Shown piece by piece: positions 48,276-59,417 of a stretch of 64,000 bases of DNA. The notes under the pieces were generated by a model. It saw only the letters and a program-made list of their open reading frames with translations, did no database searches and was not told the origin of the DNA. Position numbers and translations under genes: made by a program. The stretch comes from Escherichia coli (GTDB taxonomy: Bacteria; Pseudomonadota; Gammaproteobacteria; Enterobacterales; Enterobacteriaceae): NCBI RefSeq assembly GCF_050320075.1, contig NZ_CP190018.1; one strand, written 5' to 3'. Every line of letters starts with the position of its first letter. Position 1 is the stretch's first letter.

Positions 48276-48425
48276 CGGCAAGATGCCGTAAATCAGATGC
48301 TACAAAATGTAAAGTTGTGTCTTTCTGGTGACTTACGCACTATCCAGACTTGAAAATAGTCGCGTAACCCATACGATGTGGGTATCGCATATTGCGTTTT
48401 GTTAAACTGAGGTAAAAAGAAAATT

Positions 48426-49307
48426 ATGATGCGAATCGCGCTCTTCCTGCTAACGAACCTGGCCGTAATGGTCGTTTTCGGGCTGGTACTGAGCCTGACA
48501 GGGATACAGTCGAGCAGCGTTCAGGGGCTGATGATCATGGCCTTGCTGTTCGGTTTTGGTGGTTCCTTCGTTTCGCTTCTGATGTCCAAATGGATGGCAT
48601 TACGATCTGTTGGCGGGGAAGTGATCGAGCAACCGCGTAACGAAAGGGAACGTTGGCTGGTCAATACTGTAGCAACCCAGGCTCGTCAGGCGGGGATCGC
48701 TATGCCGCAAGTGGCTATCTACCATGCGCCGGACATCAACGCTTTTGCAACCGGTGCGCGCCGTGATGCCTCTCTGGTTGCTGTCAGCACCGGTTTGCTG
48801 CAGAACATGAGCCCGGATGAAGCCGAGGCGGTAATTGCTCACGAAATCAGCCACATCGCCAATGGTGATATGGTCACCATGACGCTGATTCAGGGCGTGG
48901 TGAACACCTTCGTTATCTTTATTTCCCGTATTCTGGCGCAGCTTGCCGCGGGTTTTATGGGCGGAAATCGTGATGAAGGTGAAGAGAGCAACGGCAACCC
49001 GCTGATCTACTTTGCGGTTGCAACGGTTCTGGAACTGGTGTTTGGTATTCTGGCGAGCATTATCACCATGTGGTTCTCGCGTCATCGTGAATTCCATGCT
49101 GATGCCGGTTCGGCAAAACTGGTTGGTCGCGAGAAAATGATTGCCGCGCTGCAGCGCCTGAAAACCAGCTATGAACCGCAAGAAGCAACCAGCATGATGG
49201 CTTTCTGTATTAACGGTAAGTCGAAATCGCTCAGTGAGTTGTTCATGACTCACCCGCCGCTGGATAAACGTATTGAAGCTCTGCGTACGGGTGAATACCT
49301 GAAGTAA
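48426..49307 (+). CDS. htpX: membrane zinc metalloprotease HtpX
   Basis: HEISH zinc-binding motif in a 293-aa membrane protein. Confidence 0.95.
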
Positions 49308-49320
49308 TATGAAGTAAATA

Positions 49321-49350
49321 CTAAAAAGCGCGTCCTGATCGACGCGCTTT
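49321..49350. terminator. bidirectional intrinsic terminator between htpX and yebQ
   Basis: AAAAAGCGCGTC-CTGAT-CGACGCGCTTTTTTT. Confidence 0.6.
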
Positions 49351-49352
49351 TT

Positions 49353-50726
49353 TTATGCCCTGGCTCGTGGCTGAGTGATACGTAGACCACTGACACAGGC
49401 AGCAATTACTGCCAGAATAGCCGCAGCCATCAGCGAGACGTGCGTACCATTATCACCAAACTGATTTAGCATCAGCGCCACCAGCGCCGCGCCACTACTC
49501 TGACCCAATAGACGAGCCGTCCCTAACATGCCACTGGCCCCACCGCTACGTTCGCGCGGAGCGGAGGTAATAATGGTGTGGTTATTGGGTGACTGAAATA
49601 AGCCAAATCCAGCGCCACATAAGATCATCGGCCAGATAATATTGATATCCGCAGGTGACGCGGGCAGCAGAACCAGGGAAAAAAGCCCCGCAGCCATGAT
49701 GAACAACCCTAAAGCTCCCAGCAATCCTGCATGTACGCGTTCAATCAAATAGCCTGCCAGCGGAGCCATCACCATTGTTGCTAACGGCCACGGTGTCAGA
49801 AGTAAACCTGTTTCGACTTCACTACGCCCGAGCACGGTTTGCAGGTAAAAGGGCAGGGAAACCATTGCCAGCATTTGTGCGCAGAAAGAGCAAACAGATG
49901 TGCAAATAGAAAGTGAAAACAGCGGGATACGCAGTAAATCCACCGGTAGCAGCGGTACGGGAAGAGAAAGCTGGCGGCGAATAAAGAAAATACCAACGAC
50001 AACCATTACCACCAGTTCCGCGCCAATCAACGTCAGCGATTGCCCCTGAGCGAAACCACTCAATGCAGTAATAAGCAGGCCGAAGGTTAACGCGTTCATC
50101 ACGGCGCTGGGCAGGTCGAAACGGGGTTTACTGGCACGAGAGCCATTGGGTGGCAGAAAACGCATCGCCAGAAGCAGGGCGATAATACCCAACGGTACGT
50201 TGATTAAAAATAACCATTTCCAGGATGCGATGGAGAGGATTGCTGCAGCAATTGTCGGACCGGCAGCAGAAGATACGGCAACAATAAACGAGTTTATGCC
50301 CATCCCTCTACCCAGAAAACGTTGTGGATAGATCAGGCGGATAAGTGCGGTATTAACGCTCATCAACGCTGCACCGCCGAAACCTTGTATGACACGCGCA
50401 AGGGTGAGCATTTGCAGCGAATCAGAAAGGGCGCAGAACAGTGAAGACAACAGAAAAACGACCAGACCGCATTTATAAATACGTCGATAGCCAAACATAT
50501 CGCCCAGAAACGAAAACGAGAGCAGGGAGATGACAATGGCGATTTGATAGGCGTTCACTACCCAGATGGAACTGGCTGGCGTGGCATGAAGGTCCGTGGC
50601 GATTGTTGGCAGGGCGACGTTGGCGATTGCGCCGTCAAGGACAGCCATCGAAATACCAATCACAATGGTTAATATCGCACCGTATCGCTGGGGCAATGGC
50701 AGGCCGTCGGCCTGAACTTTTGGCAT
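49353..50726 (-). CDS. yebQ: MFS transporter YebQ
   Basis: Polytopic MFS protein; ORF-track ORF trimmed to MPKVQADGLPLPQRYG, about 457 aa. Confidence 0.85.
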   Translation of the reverse strand: MPKVQADGLPLPQRYGAILTIVIGISMAVLDGAIANVALPTIATDLHATPASSIWVVNAYQIAIVISLLSFSFLGDMFGYRRIYKCGLVVFLLSSLFCALSDSLQMLTLARVIQGFGGAALMSVNTALIRLIYPQRFLGRGMGINSFIVAVSSAAGPTIAAAILSIASWKWLFLINVPLGIIALLLAMRFLPPNGSRASKPRFDLPSAVMNALTFGLLITALSGFAQGQSLTLIGAELVVMVVVGIFFIRRQLSLPVPLLPVDLLRIPLFSLSICTSVCSFCAQMLAMVSLPFYLQTVLGRSEVETGLLLTPWPLATMVMAPLAGYLIERVHAGLLGALGLFIMAAGLFSLVLLPASPADINIIWPMILCGAGFGLFQSPNNHTIITSAPRERSGGASGMLGTARLLGQSSGAALVALMLNQFGDNGTHVSLMAAAILAVIAACVSGLRITQPRARA

Positions 50727-50902
50727 AGGAATTTTATATCTTTGGTGAATAATCAACAGGGGTATGATTCTAGCACTGATATTCACGGTGGATGTCGCAG
50801 AATTGTAACTAACCGACAAAAGATGGATTGCGACCACCCTGGCGCGAAATTATAATAAAAAACAGTTCTGATTTTTATAAAACACTCGCAATGAGGTGAT
50901 AA

Positions 50903-51694
50903 ATGGCTAACGCAGATCTGGATAAACAGCCTGATTCTGTATCTTCCGTGCTGAAAGTTTTTGGCATTTTGCAGGCGCTGGGTGAAGAGCGCGAAATAGG
51001 GATAACCGAGCTGTCGCAGCGCGTCATGATGTCAAAAAGCACCGTTTATCGCTTTTTACAGACCATGAAAACCTTAGGTTATGTGGCGCAGGAAGGGGAG
51101 TCGGAGAAATATTCCCTGACCCTGAAATTGTTTGAACTGGGCGCTCGCGCGTTACAAAACGTCGATTTAATTCGTAGCGCAGATATCCAGATGCGTGAGA
51201 TCTCCCGCCTGACCAAAGAAACTATCCACCTCGGCGCACTGGACGAAGACAGTATTGTTTACATTCACAAAATTGACTCTATGTACAATTTGCGCATGTA
51301 TTCACGGATTGGGCGTCGTAATCCGCTGTACAGCACCGCGATTGGTAAGGTACTGCTGGCATGGCGCGATCGCGATGAAGTGAAGCAAATTCTTGAGGGC
51401 GTGGAGTATAAACGCAGTACCGAGCGGACCATCACCAGTACAGAAGCGTTATTACCCGTTCTGGACCAGGTGCGTGAGCAGGGGTATGGCGAAGATAACG
51501 AAGAGCAGGAAGAAGGGCTGCGATGCATTGCGGTTCCGGTATTTGATCGCTTTGGCGTGGTCATTGCCGGTCTTAGCATCTCCTTCCCGACGTTGCGTTT
51601 CTCTGAAGAGCGTTTACAGGAATATGTCGCAATGTTGCATACCGCGGCGCGCAAAATTTCTGCCCAAATGGGTTATCACGACTATCCGTTCTGA
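50903..51694 (+). CDS. kdgR: IclR-family transcriptional regulator KdgR
   Basis: 263-aa ORF with an N-terminal HTH and an IclR effector domain. Confidence 0.9.
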   Translation: MANADLDKQPDSVSSVLKVFGILQALGEEREIGITELSQRVMMSKSTVYRFLQTMKTLGYVAQEGESEKYSLTLKLFELGARALQNVDLIRSADIQMREISRLTKETIHLGALDEDSIVYIHKIDSMYNLRMYSRIGRRNPLYSTAIGKVLLAWRDRDEVKQILEGVEYKRSTERTITSTEALLPVLDQVREQGYGEDNEEQEEGLRCIAVPVFDRFGVVIAGLSISFPTLRFSEERLQEYVAMLHTAARKISAQMGYHDYPF

Positions 51695-51837
51695 TGAGAG
51701 TAAGAACCTGTCTGAATATCAAACAGACAGGTTCTTTATTTAGCATGAGAAAAATAAAGTTGAAGGTGGCGTTATATTAAACGCACTTGCGATAAGAATA
51801 TTTTACTCATGAGTGAGAATCTGGTTATTTATTACCC

Positions 51838-52077
51838 TTAACCATTATCGACCACAATATTGCTTTTACGTAACAACGGGCAATCTGTTATCCCCAGAAA
51901 ACCACTTTTAGTGTGCAGGTATTGTACCGTGCTGGTGCCTCTGGCGGTCAGATAGGTACATTGCAAACCTAATCCCGCGGCATTCTCTTTGCTTCCAATC
52001 AAAACGCCATATCCGCTGAGTAATAATCCTATCCATACCAGTGCTATCAGCATAACTGTGCGAATGATGAATCGCAT
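51838..52077 (-). CDS. yobH: small membrane protein YobH
   Basis: 79-aa ORF with an N-terminal hydrophobic helix. Confidence 0.7.
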   Translation of the reverse strand: MRFIIRTVMLIALVWIGLLLSGYGVLIGSKENAAGLGLQCTYLTARGTSTVQYLHTKSGFLGITDCPLLRKSNIVVDNG

Positions 52078-52234
52078 TACAACCTCTTCTCTTTTTATGT
52101 TCGCTTAATCGTAGCGGCAATATGCGCTGAAGCAAGCGACTCATTCTGAAAAAGCACGAATATCGACATAGTTAGGCGCTGTTTAACTAACGCATGCTAG
52201 TTTAATGACATAAGGTAGGTGAAACGGAGATTGG

Positions 52235-52378
52235 AGTGAAAAAGTTTCGATGGGTCGTTCTGGTTGTCGTGGTGTTGGCTTGCTTGCTGCTTTGGGCGCA
52301 GGTATTCAACATGATGTGCGATCAGGATGTACAATTTTTCAGCGGAATTTGTGCCATTAACCAGTTTATCCCGTGGTG
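52235..52378 (+). CDS. mgrB: PhoQ-inhibiting small membrane protein MgrB (47 aa)
   Basis: GTG start; translation [47 protein letters not shown] matches recalled MgrB; too short for the ORF track. Confidence 0.8.
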
Positions 52379-52453
52379 ATATCATTTTTTCAGCACTAGA
52401 TTTTCTTCCTCTCCAGCAGTGGTAGAATAGCGCCTCTACTCAGAGGTGGTGAA

Positions 52454-52741
52454 ATGAACGAAGTTGTAAATTCAGGCGTGATGAACATTGCGTCTTTGGT
52501 TGTATCGGTGGTGGTTCTTTTTATCGGGCTTATCTTGTGGTTTTTTATCAATCGTGCCAGTTCACGGACTAACGAACAGATTGAACTGCTTGAGGCGTTG
52601 CTGGATCAGCAAAAACGTCAAAATGCTCTGTTACGTCGTTTGTGCGAAGCAAACGAACCTGAGAAAGCAGATAAAAAGACCGTTGAGAGTCAAAAATCGG
52701 TTGAAGACGAAGATATTATTCGTCTGGTCGCCGAACGATAA
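52454..52741 (+). CDS. yebO: small membrane protein YebO
   Basis: 95-aa ORF MNEVVNSGVMNIASLVVSVVVLFIGLILWFF. Confidence 0.8.
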   Translation: MNEVVNSGVMNIASLVVSVVVLFIGLILWFFINRASSRTNEQIELLEALLDQQKRQNALLRRLCEANEPEKADKKTVESQKSVEDEDIIRLVAER

Positions 52742-53410
52742 TCCTTCCTCAATCTTGAGTAACCCCGTCGTTGAAGGGTTACTCAATTCATCCTGATTAT
52801 ACGCACTGTCATGGTGCAACTGCTTCAAATTAAAACTCTGGTCTGACTTCAAATAATTATCATATTATTTATTTGCGTAACGGGATATCAGAAAAAGATA
52901 TTTAGCCCATTAATTTATTAGGATGTTTACATCGGATTTGTGATTAAGCGTGGTATTATTTATTAGCGAAACGTTTCTCTCTTGATTTTTTTGCGCATTC
53001 ATCAATTTTTCTTATTTTAAATTTACAATACCTTTGGCGATTGACTTCTCTTTGGGGTGATCGATAGCCGTTAACTGACTGTTTTATGAGAAAAATTGAT
53101 ATAACTTTTTATTCATTGCATAGCAGAAAATGTGATATTGCACGCACTATGTAATAACTTCTCCCACTGGCCTGGAACAACTGAACTTATTGAACTATGT
53201 TAGAAAATACGTCAGTTTAAGTATCTGCCTGAACTGGCAAGGTTAAGCACAATGATATATCGGCGCGTATTCCGTTGCATAAGTGTGCAAAAAAAGTGGA
53301 AGACGTATCGAGATTTGTGCGTCTGATCGAGACATGTTTAAAAATGGCTTGCCATAATTAACGTTGTATGTGATAACAGATTTCGGGTTAAACGAGGTAC
53401 AGTTCTGTTT

Positions 53411-53554
53411 ATGTGTGGCATTTTCAGTAAAGAAGTCCTGAGTAAACACGTTGACGTTGAATACCGCTTCTCTGCCGAGCCTTATATTGGTGCCTCATGC
53501 AGTAATGTGTCAGTTTTATCTATGTTATGCCTGCGGGCGAAGAAAACAATCTAA
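53411..53554 (+). CDS. yobF: small protein YobF (47 aa)
   Basis: [47 protein letters not shown], 13 bp upstream of cspC; too short for the ORF track. Confidence 0.75.
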
Positions 53555-53566
53555 GGAATTTTTCAA

Positions 53567-53776
53567 ATGGCAAAGATTAAAGGTCAGGTTAAGTGGTTCA
53601 ACGAGTCTAAAGGTTTTGGCTTCATTACTCCGGCTGATGGCAGCAAAGACGTGTTCGTACACTTCTCTGCAATCCAGGGTAATGGTTTCAAAACTCTGGC
53701 TGAAGGTCAGAACGTTGAGTTCGAAATTCAGGACGGTCAGAAAGGTCCGGCAGCTGTTAACGTAACAGCTATCTGA
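53567..53776 (+). CDS. cspC: cold-shock-family protein CspC
   Basis: [37 protein letters not shown]. Confidence 0.95.
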
Positions 53777-53822
53777 TCGAATCCACTGATCTGAAGTGTG
53801 AATACGCTTCAATCTCGCTATA

Positions 53823-53850
53823 AAGCCTCGTCGAATGCGAGGCTTTTTAC
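53823..53850 (+). terminator. rho-independent terminator after cspC
   Basis: AAAGCCTCG-TCGAATG-CGAGGCTTTTT. Confidence 0.6.
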
Positions 53851-53941
53851 TTTGCTTTATCTTCGCTCCAGTCGTTCGGATATTTGCCCGCCGCGTGATT
53901 CGCGTTACACTTGCGGCCTTTAGTATCCTGCCGGAGTTGTC

Positions 53942-54751
53942 ATGTCGTTTTCCTGTCCACTTTGCCATCAGCCTCTTTCGCGTGAAAAAAACAGCTATAT
54001 CTGTCCCCAGCGACATCAGTTTGATATGGCGAAAGAAGGGTATGTCAATCTGCTGCCCGTTCAGCATAAACGGTCTCGTGATCCGGGCGACAGCGCGGAA
54101 ATGATGCAAGCACGCCGCGCATTCTTAGATGCCGGACATTATCAGCCGCTGCGTGATGCAATTGTCGCTCAACTGCGGGAACGGCTTGATGAAAAGGCCA
54201 CAGCGGTGCTGGATATTGGCTGTGGTGAAGGGTATTACACACACGCATTTGCCGATGCGTTGCCCGAAATCACCACGTTTGGCCTGGATGTCTCGAAGGT
54301 AGCGATAAAAGCGGCGGCGAAACGATATCCGCAGGTCACTTTTTGTGTTGCTTCCAGCCACCGTTTGCCGTTTTCCGATACCAGTATGGACGCCATAATA
54401 CGTATTTACGCGCCGTGTAAAGCAGAAGAATTAGCGCGAGTAGTGAAGCCTGGCGGTTGGGTCATTACTGCCACGCCGGGACCGCGACATTTGATGGAGC
54501 TGAAGGGGCTGATTTACAATGAAGTACATCTTCATGCACCTCATGCAGAACAACTGGAAGGTTTTACATTACAGCAGAGTGCTGAGTTGTGTTATCCGAT
54601 GCGTCTTCGCGGTGATGAAGCCGTCGCATTATTGCAGATGACGCCGTTTGCCTGGCGTGCGAAGCCAGAAGTCTGGCAAACACTGGCAGCAAAAGAAGTG
54701 TTCGACTGCCAGACGGACTTTAATATTCACCTCTGGCAGCGTTCTTATTAA
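53942..54751 (+). CDS. rlmA: 23S rRNA m1G745 methyltransferase
   Basis: N-terminal zinc-binding Cys motif (CPLCHQPL...YICPQRH) and SAM-binding motif [11 protein letters not shown]. Confidence 0.9.
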
Positions 54752-55314
54752 CCGTGGAAGTGCGTCCAGAGGATCTGGACGCCGATGCCGATCAGCACCA
54801 GCCCGCCGAGAATTTCCGCTTTTTTCCCAATAATTGAGCCGATAAAGCGACCAACCATCATCCCTAATGTCGACATAATCAAGGTTGCACAACCAATGGC
54901 CAATGCGGTCGCGATAATGTTGACCTGAAGGAAAGCAAGACCAACACCCACAGCCATGGCATCCAGGCTGGTGGCAATCGCGGTGGTTACCAGTAGCCAG
55001 AAACCGTGTCGACGGCGCGGCTCTTCATCTTCATCATCTGCGCCACGAAAACCCTCAATAATCATTCGCCCGCCGAGGAATATCAGCAGCACAAACGCAA
55101 TCCAGTGGTTCCATTCAAGAACAAACCGGCTGGCTAACATGCCCATTCCCCAGCCGATCAGCGGCGTCAGGGTTTCGACGGCACCAAAAATAAGGCCGGT
55201 TCGCAACGCTTCAGAAAATTTCGGTTTATGGAGGGTGGCACCTTTACCGATTGATGCAGCAAATGCATCCATCGACATACCAAACGCAAGAAGAACAGTA
55301 GCAGTGATATTCAT
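54748..55314 (-). CDS. mntP: manganese efflux pump MntP
   Basis: [25 protein letters not shown]; 188 aa after trimming. Confidence 0.9.
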
Positions 55315-55329
55315 GACAACGTCCTGACC

Positions 55330-55550
55330 GGGGTATCCATAAAACACATCATCGCCCCCAGCAAACATGCATACATGAACAACAAGCCGCGATGGTTTTC
55401 GCGTTCATGCAGGCATAGCGATTGATGTGCATATGGTCTCGCCTGACTGAAAGTGTTCAGTCCGTACGTGCCACGTTTTGCAACGAGTATGTTGACACGT
55501 ACATTTCCGGAATCTGGAAATCGGCTACTCCCCAAATGAGGGCGCAACCT
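55330..55550 (-). ncRNA. yybP-ykoY-type manganese riboswitch in the mntP leader; boundaries approximate
   Basis: The long mntP 5' leader contains the conserved GGGGAGUAG element (plus-strand CTACTCCCC at 55525-55533). Confidence 0.5.
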
Positions 55551-55685
55551 TAACATATTTTGAGAATATAAAACAACTGTTGGAATATATTATTTCATTG
55601 CTTTATTGATAACGATTTTCATTTAGATTTATATATCAATGAAACGTTAAAATAAATAACAAATAAGGGAAGAGGTAATATAGCC

Positions 55686-55737
55686 TTAGCTATGTCTGAT
55701 TATTAAAAATACACTAAACATAGCTTTGGCTAAATTC
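55686..55737. promoter_or_regulatory. MntR-box-like inverted repeat upstream of mntP
   Basis: AGCTATGT (55688-55695) and ACATAGCT (55718-55725) form an inverted repeat; the AAACATAGC half-site resembles the recalled MntR operator. Confidence 0.4.
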
Positions 55738-55742
55738 ATAAC

Positions 55743-56201
55743 TTATTGAGTTGAAACGAGAAGCTTATAAATTTTTTCCAGATCGTCGATATTTCGAACG
55801 CGGATTAACAGCCGACGCTGTTCTAATTGCATCACCAACACGCCATCTTCCGACAAGTTCATCGCTTTGATTCGGCTATATTCAATCCAGACATTGGCGA
55901 AGAAAAAACCTTTTTGTTTAAAGATGATCTTCGGAACGCGGATCCAGAATATATAAAAACCCATCAGAGCCAGTGCACTTAATAACCATGTTGTTATTAG
56001 CGCGCCATGATTCGTGACGTTGTTATAGATAAGAATGACAATCAATCCGACGAAGATAACGCTATCGATGCGACCACGCCGGAGCAAAGGAATTGCCAGC
56101 AGAGTGGGGCCGTTACGGCGGGGCATGATGAACTGATCGTAGATCGCGAAGGCCAGGAGTGCGGCGATGAAAAGAATCAGTACCAGGTCCGTGATTGTCA
56201 T
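55743..56201 (-). CDS. yobD: inner-membrane protein YobD
   Basis: ORF-track ORF trimmed to [18 protein letters not shown], giving 152 aa. Confidence 0.75.
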
Positions 56202-56256
56202 TAATCCTCCAGATAAAAAAAACGGGGCCAAAAGGCCCCGGTAGTGTACAACAGTC

Positions 56257-57117
56257 TTACAGTCCCAGCAGGCCGCAAGCGTAACCAGCGATACCGATGA
56301 CGAAGAAGCCAACGATGATCCACAGCGGGTTAACTTTTTTGCGCAGTAGCCACATACAAGCAAAGGTCAGCAGCAGTGGTACCAGGCCTGGCATTAACTG
56401 GTCCAGAATAGTCTGGACAGTGGTAACGTGCTCTTTGCCCGTCTGGTCAGTAATGCGAGAGACAACCAGCGGGATGTTGACATGCGTCCACTTGTTAACT
56501 AATGCCCCCATGACAAACAGGCCGAGGATAGACGCCCCTTCCGTCAGTTTTTGCAGGAAACCACCACCCATATCTTTAACGATATCGATACCTTTGGAGT
56601 AACCATACGCTACGCCGTAGTAACGGGTTGCCAGACGCACCAGGTTAAACAAGATGAAGAACAGCAGCGGACCTAACAGGCTGCCGCTCATTGCGATACC
56701 GGCACCCAGCGCTGCAAATACCGGACGTACGGTTCCCCAGAAGATCGGATCGCCTACACCAGCCAGCGGCCCCATCAAACCGACTTTGATACCGTTGATA
56801 GCACCGTCATCGATCTCTGCGCCATTAGCACGCTGTTCTTCCAGCGCCAGGGTTACGCCGAGAATCGGCGCAGCCACGAACGGCTGGGTGTTAAAGAACT
56901 CCAGGTGACGGCGAATAGCTTGTTTACGAGCTTCGTTGTTCTCAGGGTAGAGGCGACGAATTGCCGGTACCATAGAGAAGCAGAAACCCAGTGCCTGCAT
57001 ACGTTCGAAGTTCCATGAACCCTGGAAGAGGTTAGAACGCAGGAAGACGCCACGAATATCACTTTGAGTGAGTTTTTTCTCGGTGGTAGTTTGAGTTGTA
57101 TCAACCATTTCGCTCAC
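56257..57117 (-). CDS. manZ: mannose PTS enzyme IID
   Basis: 286-aa [31 protein letters not shown]. Confidence 0.95.
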
Positions 57118-57120
57118 CTG

Positions 57121-57921
57121 TTAGTCCAGTTCGTTATCGAGATCGTTGTTACCAGCTGCCTGAGCAGGCGCACCGGCTACGCGGTTGTATTTCGGGCTAA
57201 GTTGGATGTAGAGCACTGCCATAACAGTACCAATCACACCCAGAGCAACCAGGTTAAAGTTGGTGAATGCTGCGGTTACGAAGCCGAGGTAGAAGAACGG
57301 CATCAGGTAGCCAGCACGCATCATGTTGATAACCATCGCATAGCCAACCACCACGATCATGCCACCGGCGATATTCAGACCATTGGTCACCACTTCCGGA
57401 ATCGCGTTCAGCATGTTCTGTACTTCGCTGGTACCAACAGACAGCGCAACGATGACGGCCGGAATAGCCACACGCATTGCTTGCAGGAACAGAGAAGAAA
57501 CGTGGATCCAGGAAATCGCTGTCAGGTTGCCGTTATCAGCAGCCTTATCCGCAGCGTGCTGGAAAGCAACGGTAATAGTACGAACGATGATGGTCAGTAC
57601 CTGGCCCGCAGCGGCCAGAGGGATTGCCAGTGCAATACCTGCACCAATGCTCTGATGACCTGCGATAACCAGAATAGTAGAAATGATGGAAGCCAGAGCG
57701 GCGTCAGGCGCAACTGCAGCACCGATGTTCATCCAGCCCAGCGCGATCATTTCCAGCGTACCACCGATAATAATACCGGTTTTCATATCGCCAAGAACGA
57801 TACCCACCAGGGTACACGCGATTAGCGGACGGTGAAACTGAAATTCATCGAGGATTGATCCCATACCTGCGATACAGGCTACGATAAATACCAGCACAAT
57901 TTGAAGAGTGGTAATCTCCAT
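57121..57921 (-). CDS. manY: mannose PTS enzyme IIC
   Basis: 266-aa polytopic membrane protein MEITTLQIVLVFIVACIAG. Confidence 0.95.
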   Translation of the reverse strand: MEITTLQIVLVFIVACIAGMGSILDEFQFHRPLIACTLVGIVLGDMKTGIIIGGTLEMIALGWMNIGAAVAPDAALASIISTILVIAGHQSIGAGIALAIPLAAAGQVLTIIVRTITVAFQHAADKAADNGNLTAISWIHVSSLFLQAMRVAIPAVIVALSVGTSEVQNMLNAIPEVVTNGLNIAGGMIVVVGYAMVINMMRAGYLMPFFYLGFVTAAFTNFNLVALGVIGTVMAVLYIQLSPKYNRVAGAPAQAAGNNDLDNELD

Positions 57922-57983
57922 TGTACTTCTCCTGTTTACGTAAGACTTAAGTGTGAAAACTGAGTGATAATCAACACAATACG

Positions 57984-58955
57984 TTACTTATCGATTTTGC
58001 TGATCAGATCCATCATTTTCAGTTTCGGATCGGTGGAAACCTTACGGACTTCCAGCTCAATACCGCGCGCATTCAGTTTCTTGAACGCCTCGATATCTTT
58101 TTCATCAACCGAAACCGCGTTATTCACCTGGGTTTTACCCTGACGGAATGCCATACCACCGACGTTAACAGAGGTGATTTTCACGCCGCCTTCAACGAGA
58201 CGCTCTACATCTGTTGGGTTGGTAAATAACAGCATTACGCGTTCGCCAGCATATTTCGGGTTGTTGTAGACGCGAATCATTTTGGCAACATCAACTACGT
58301 GTGCTGTTACGCCCGGAGGTGCAACCTGGGTGAGCAGTGTCTTACGAACGGTATCCGCAGCCACTTCATCACTAACAACAATAATACGGGAGACATTGGT
58401 TTCTTTGGTCCAGCGGGTGGCGACCTGACCGTGAATCAGACGGTCGTCGATACGCGCAAGGCCAATAACCATGTAGTCGTTTGGTCCCATTGGTTTTGCC
58501 GGAGTTGGAGCCGCTTTTGGTGCTGCGGCAGCGGGTGCTGGCGCGGCTTTTTCAACCGGTTTGGCTTTCAGTGCTTTCACGCCTTCACGGCCTGTTTCTA
58601 CTGCCAGCGCCACCAGTTCATCAAAGCTTGGGTCATCATCACGGGCCATTAACGTTTCCACGAGCATTGGAATGTTAACGCCTGCAATGACTTCATAATG
58701 CTCTTTGTCGACGACAATGCGGCTGGCAGCATTGAACGGGCTGCCTCCCCATGTATCAACGAGAAACAGCACGCCTTTAGTGGTGTCGAGTTTTGCCAAC
58801 TGAGCGTTGTACTTTTCAATCAGCGTTTCGGCATTTTCACCTGGAACGAAATCGATCCAGCCGACGTTTTCCTGCTCGCCTAACAGCATTTCTGCCGTTT
58901 TAAGCAACTGCTCTGCAGCCCAACCATGTGTGCCTATAACAATAGCAATGGTCAC
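57984..58955 (-). CDS. manX: mannose PTS enzyme IIAB
   Basis: 323-aa ORF MTIAIVIGTHGWAAEQLL with an alanine/proline linker between the IIA and IIB domains. Confidence 0.95.
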   Translation of the reverse strand: MTIAIVIGTHGWAAEQLLKTAEMLLGEQENVGWIDFVPGENAETLIEKYNAQLAKLDTTKGVLFLVDTWGGSPFNAASRIVVDKEHYEVIAGVNIPMLVETLMARDDDPSFDELVALAVETGREGVKALKAKPVEKAAPAPAAAAPKAAPTPAKPMGPNDYMVIGLARIDDRLIHGQVATRWTKETNVSRIIVVSDEVAADTVRKTLLTQVAPPGVTAHVVDVAKMIRVYNNPKYAGERVMLLFTNPTDVERLVEGGVKITSVNVGGMAFRQGKTQVNNAVSVDEKDIEAFKKLNARGIELEVRKVSTDPKLKMMDLISKIDK

Positions 58956-59417
58956 TTGCTACCTCCTTTATTATCGTTAACACCTCAACGTGCCAGATGT
59001 ATTTTTGAATCGTCGTCCACAATCGAATCGATTCAGATAAGGGCTACAACCAAAAACCCCTGCGTTTCGCGATTTATTTTAGATATCGAAAAAATTATTT
59101 TATGTGATGAAGATCCGTAATTTAACTTTCGATTAGCAGAAATTTCGAAAGGTAAAATATCCTTGTCACATTCGTTTGCAAAGGAAGGTAAATCTTTGCC
59201 AAATCAGAGGCGTCTCTGATATGTTTAACTCCCGTTTAACAACCATGGAGTATAGGGCAGTAGCCCGCAGTATGGATCGTCACCGACGTCATTTCAGCAT
59301 CAGGCCTTTTAACGCCTGCCTTTCTGGCACTCTATGCCGCACCTTTCGTTTGCATTTTGTCGTTACGCCTGCATTATTTCTGGCGTCGAATAGCTATTCC
59401 TTAAGCAGGAGCTTGTC

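Noticed and set aside
57064-57825. 253-aa ORF antisense to manY, and similar antisense ORFs in zwf, edd, ptrB, letB and pdeD
   Set aside because: All lie inside conserved, confidently identified genes on the opposite strand and have biased His/Arg/Cys-rich translations.
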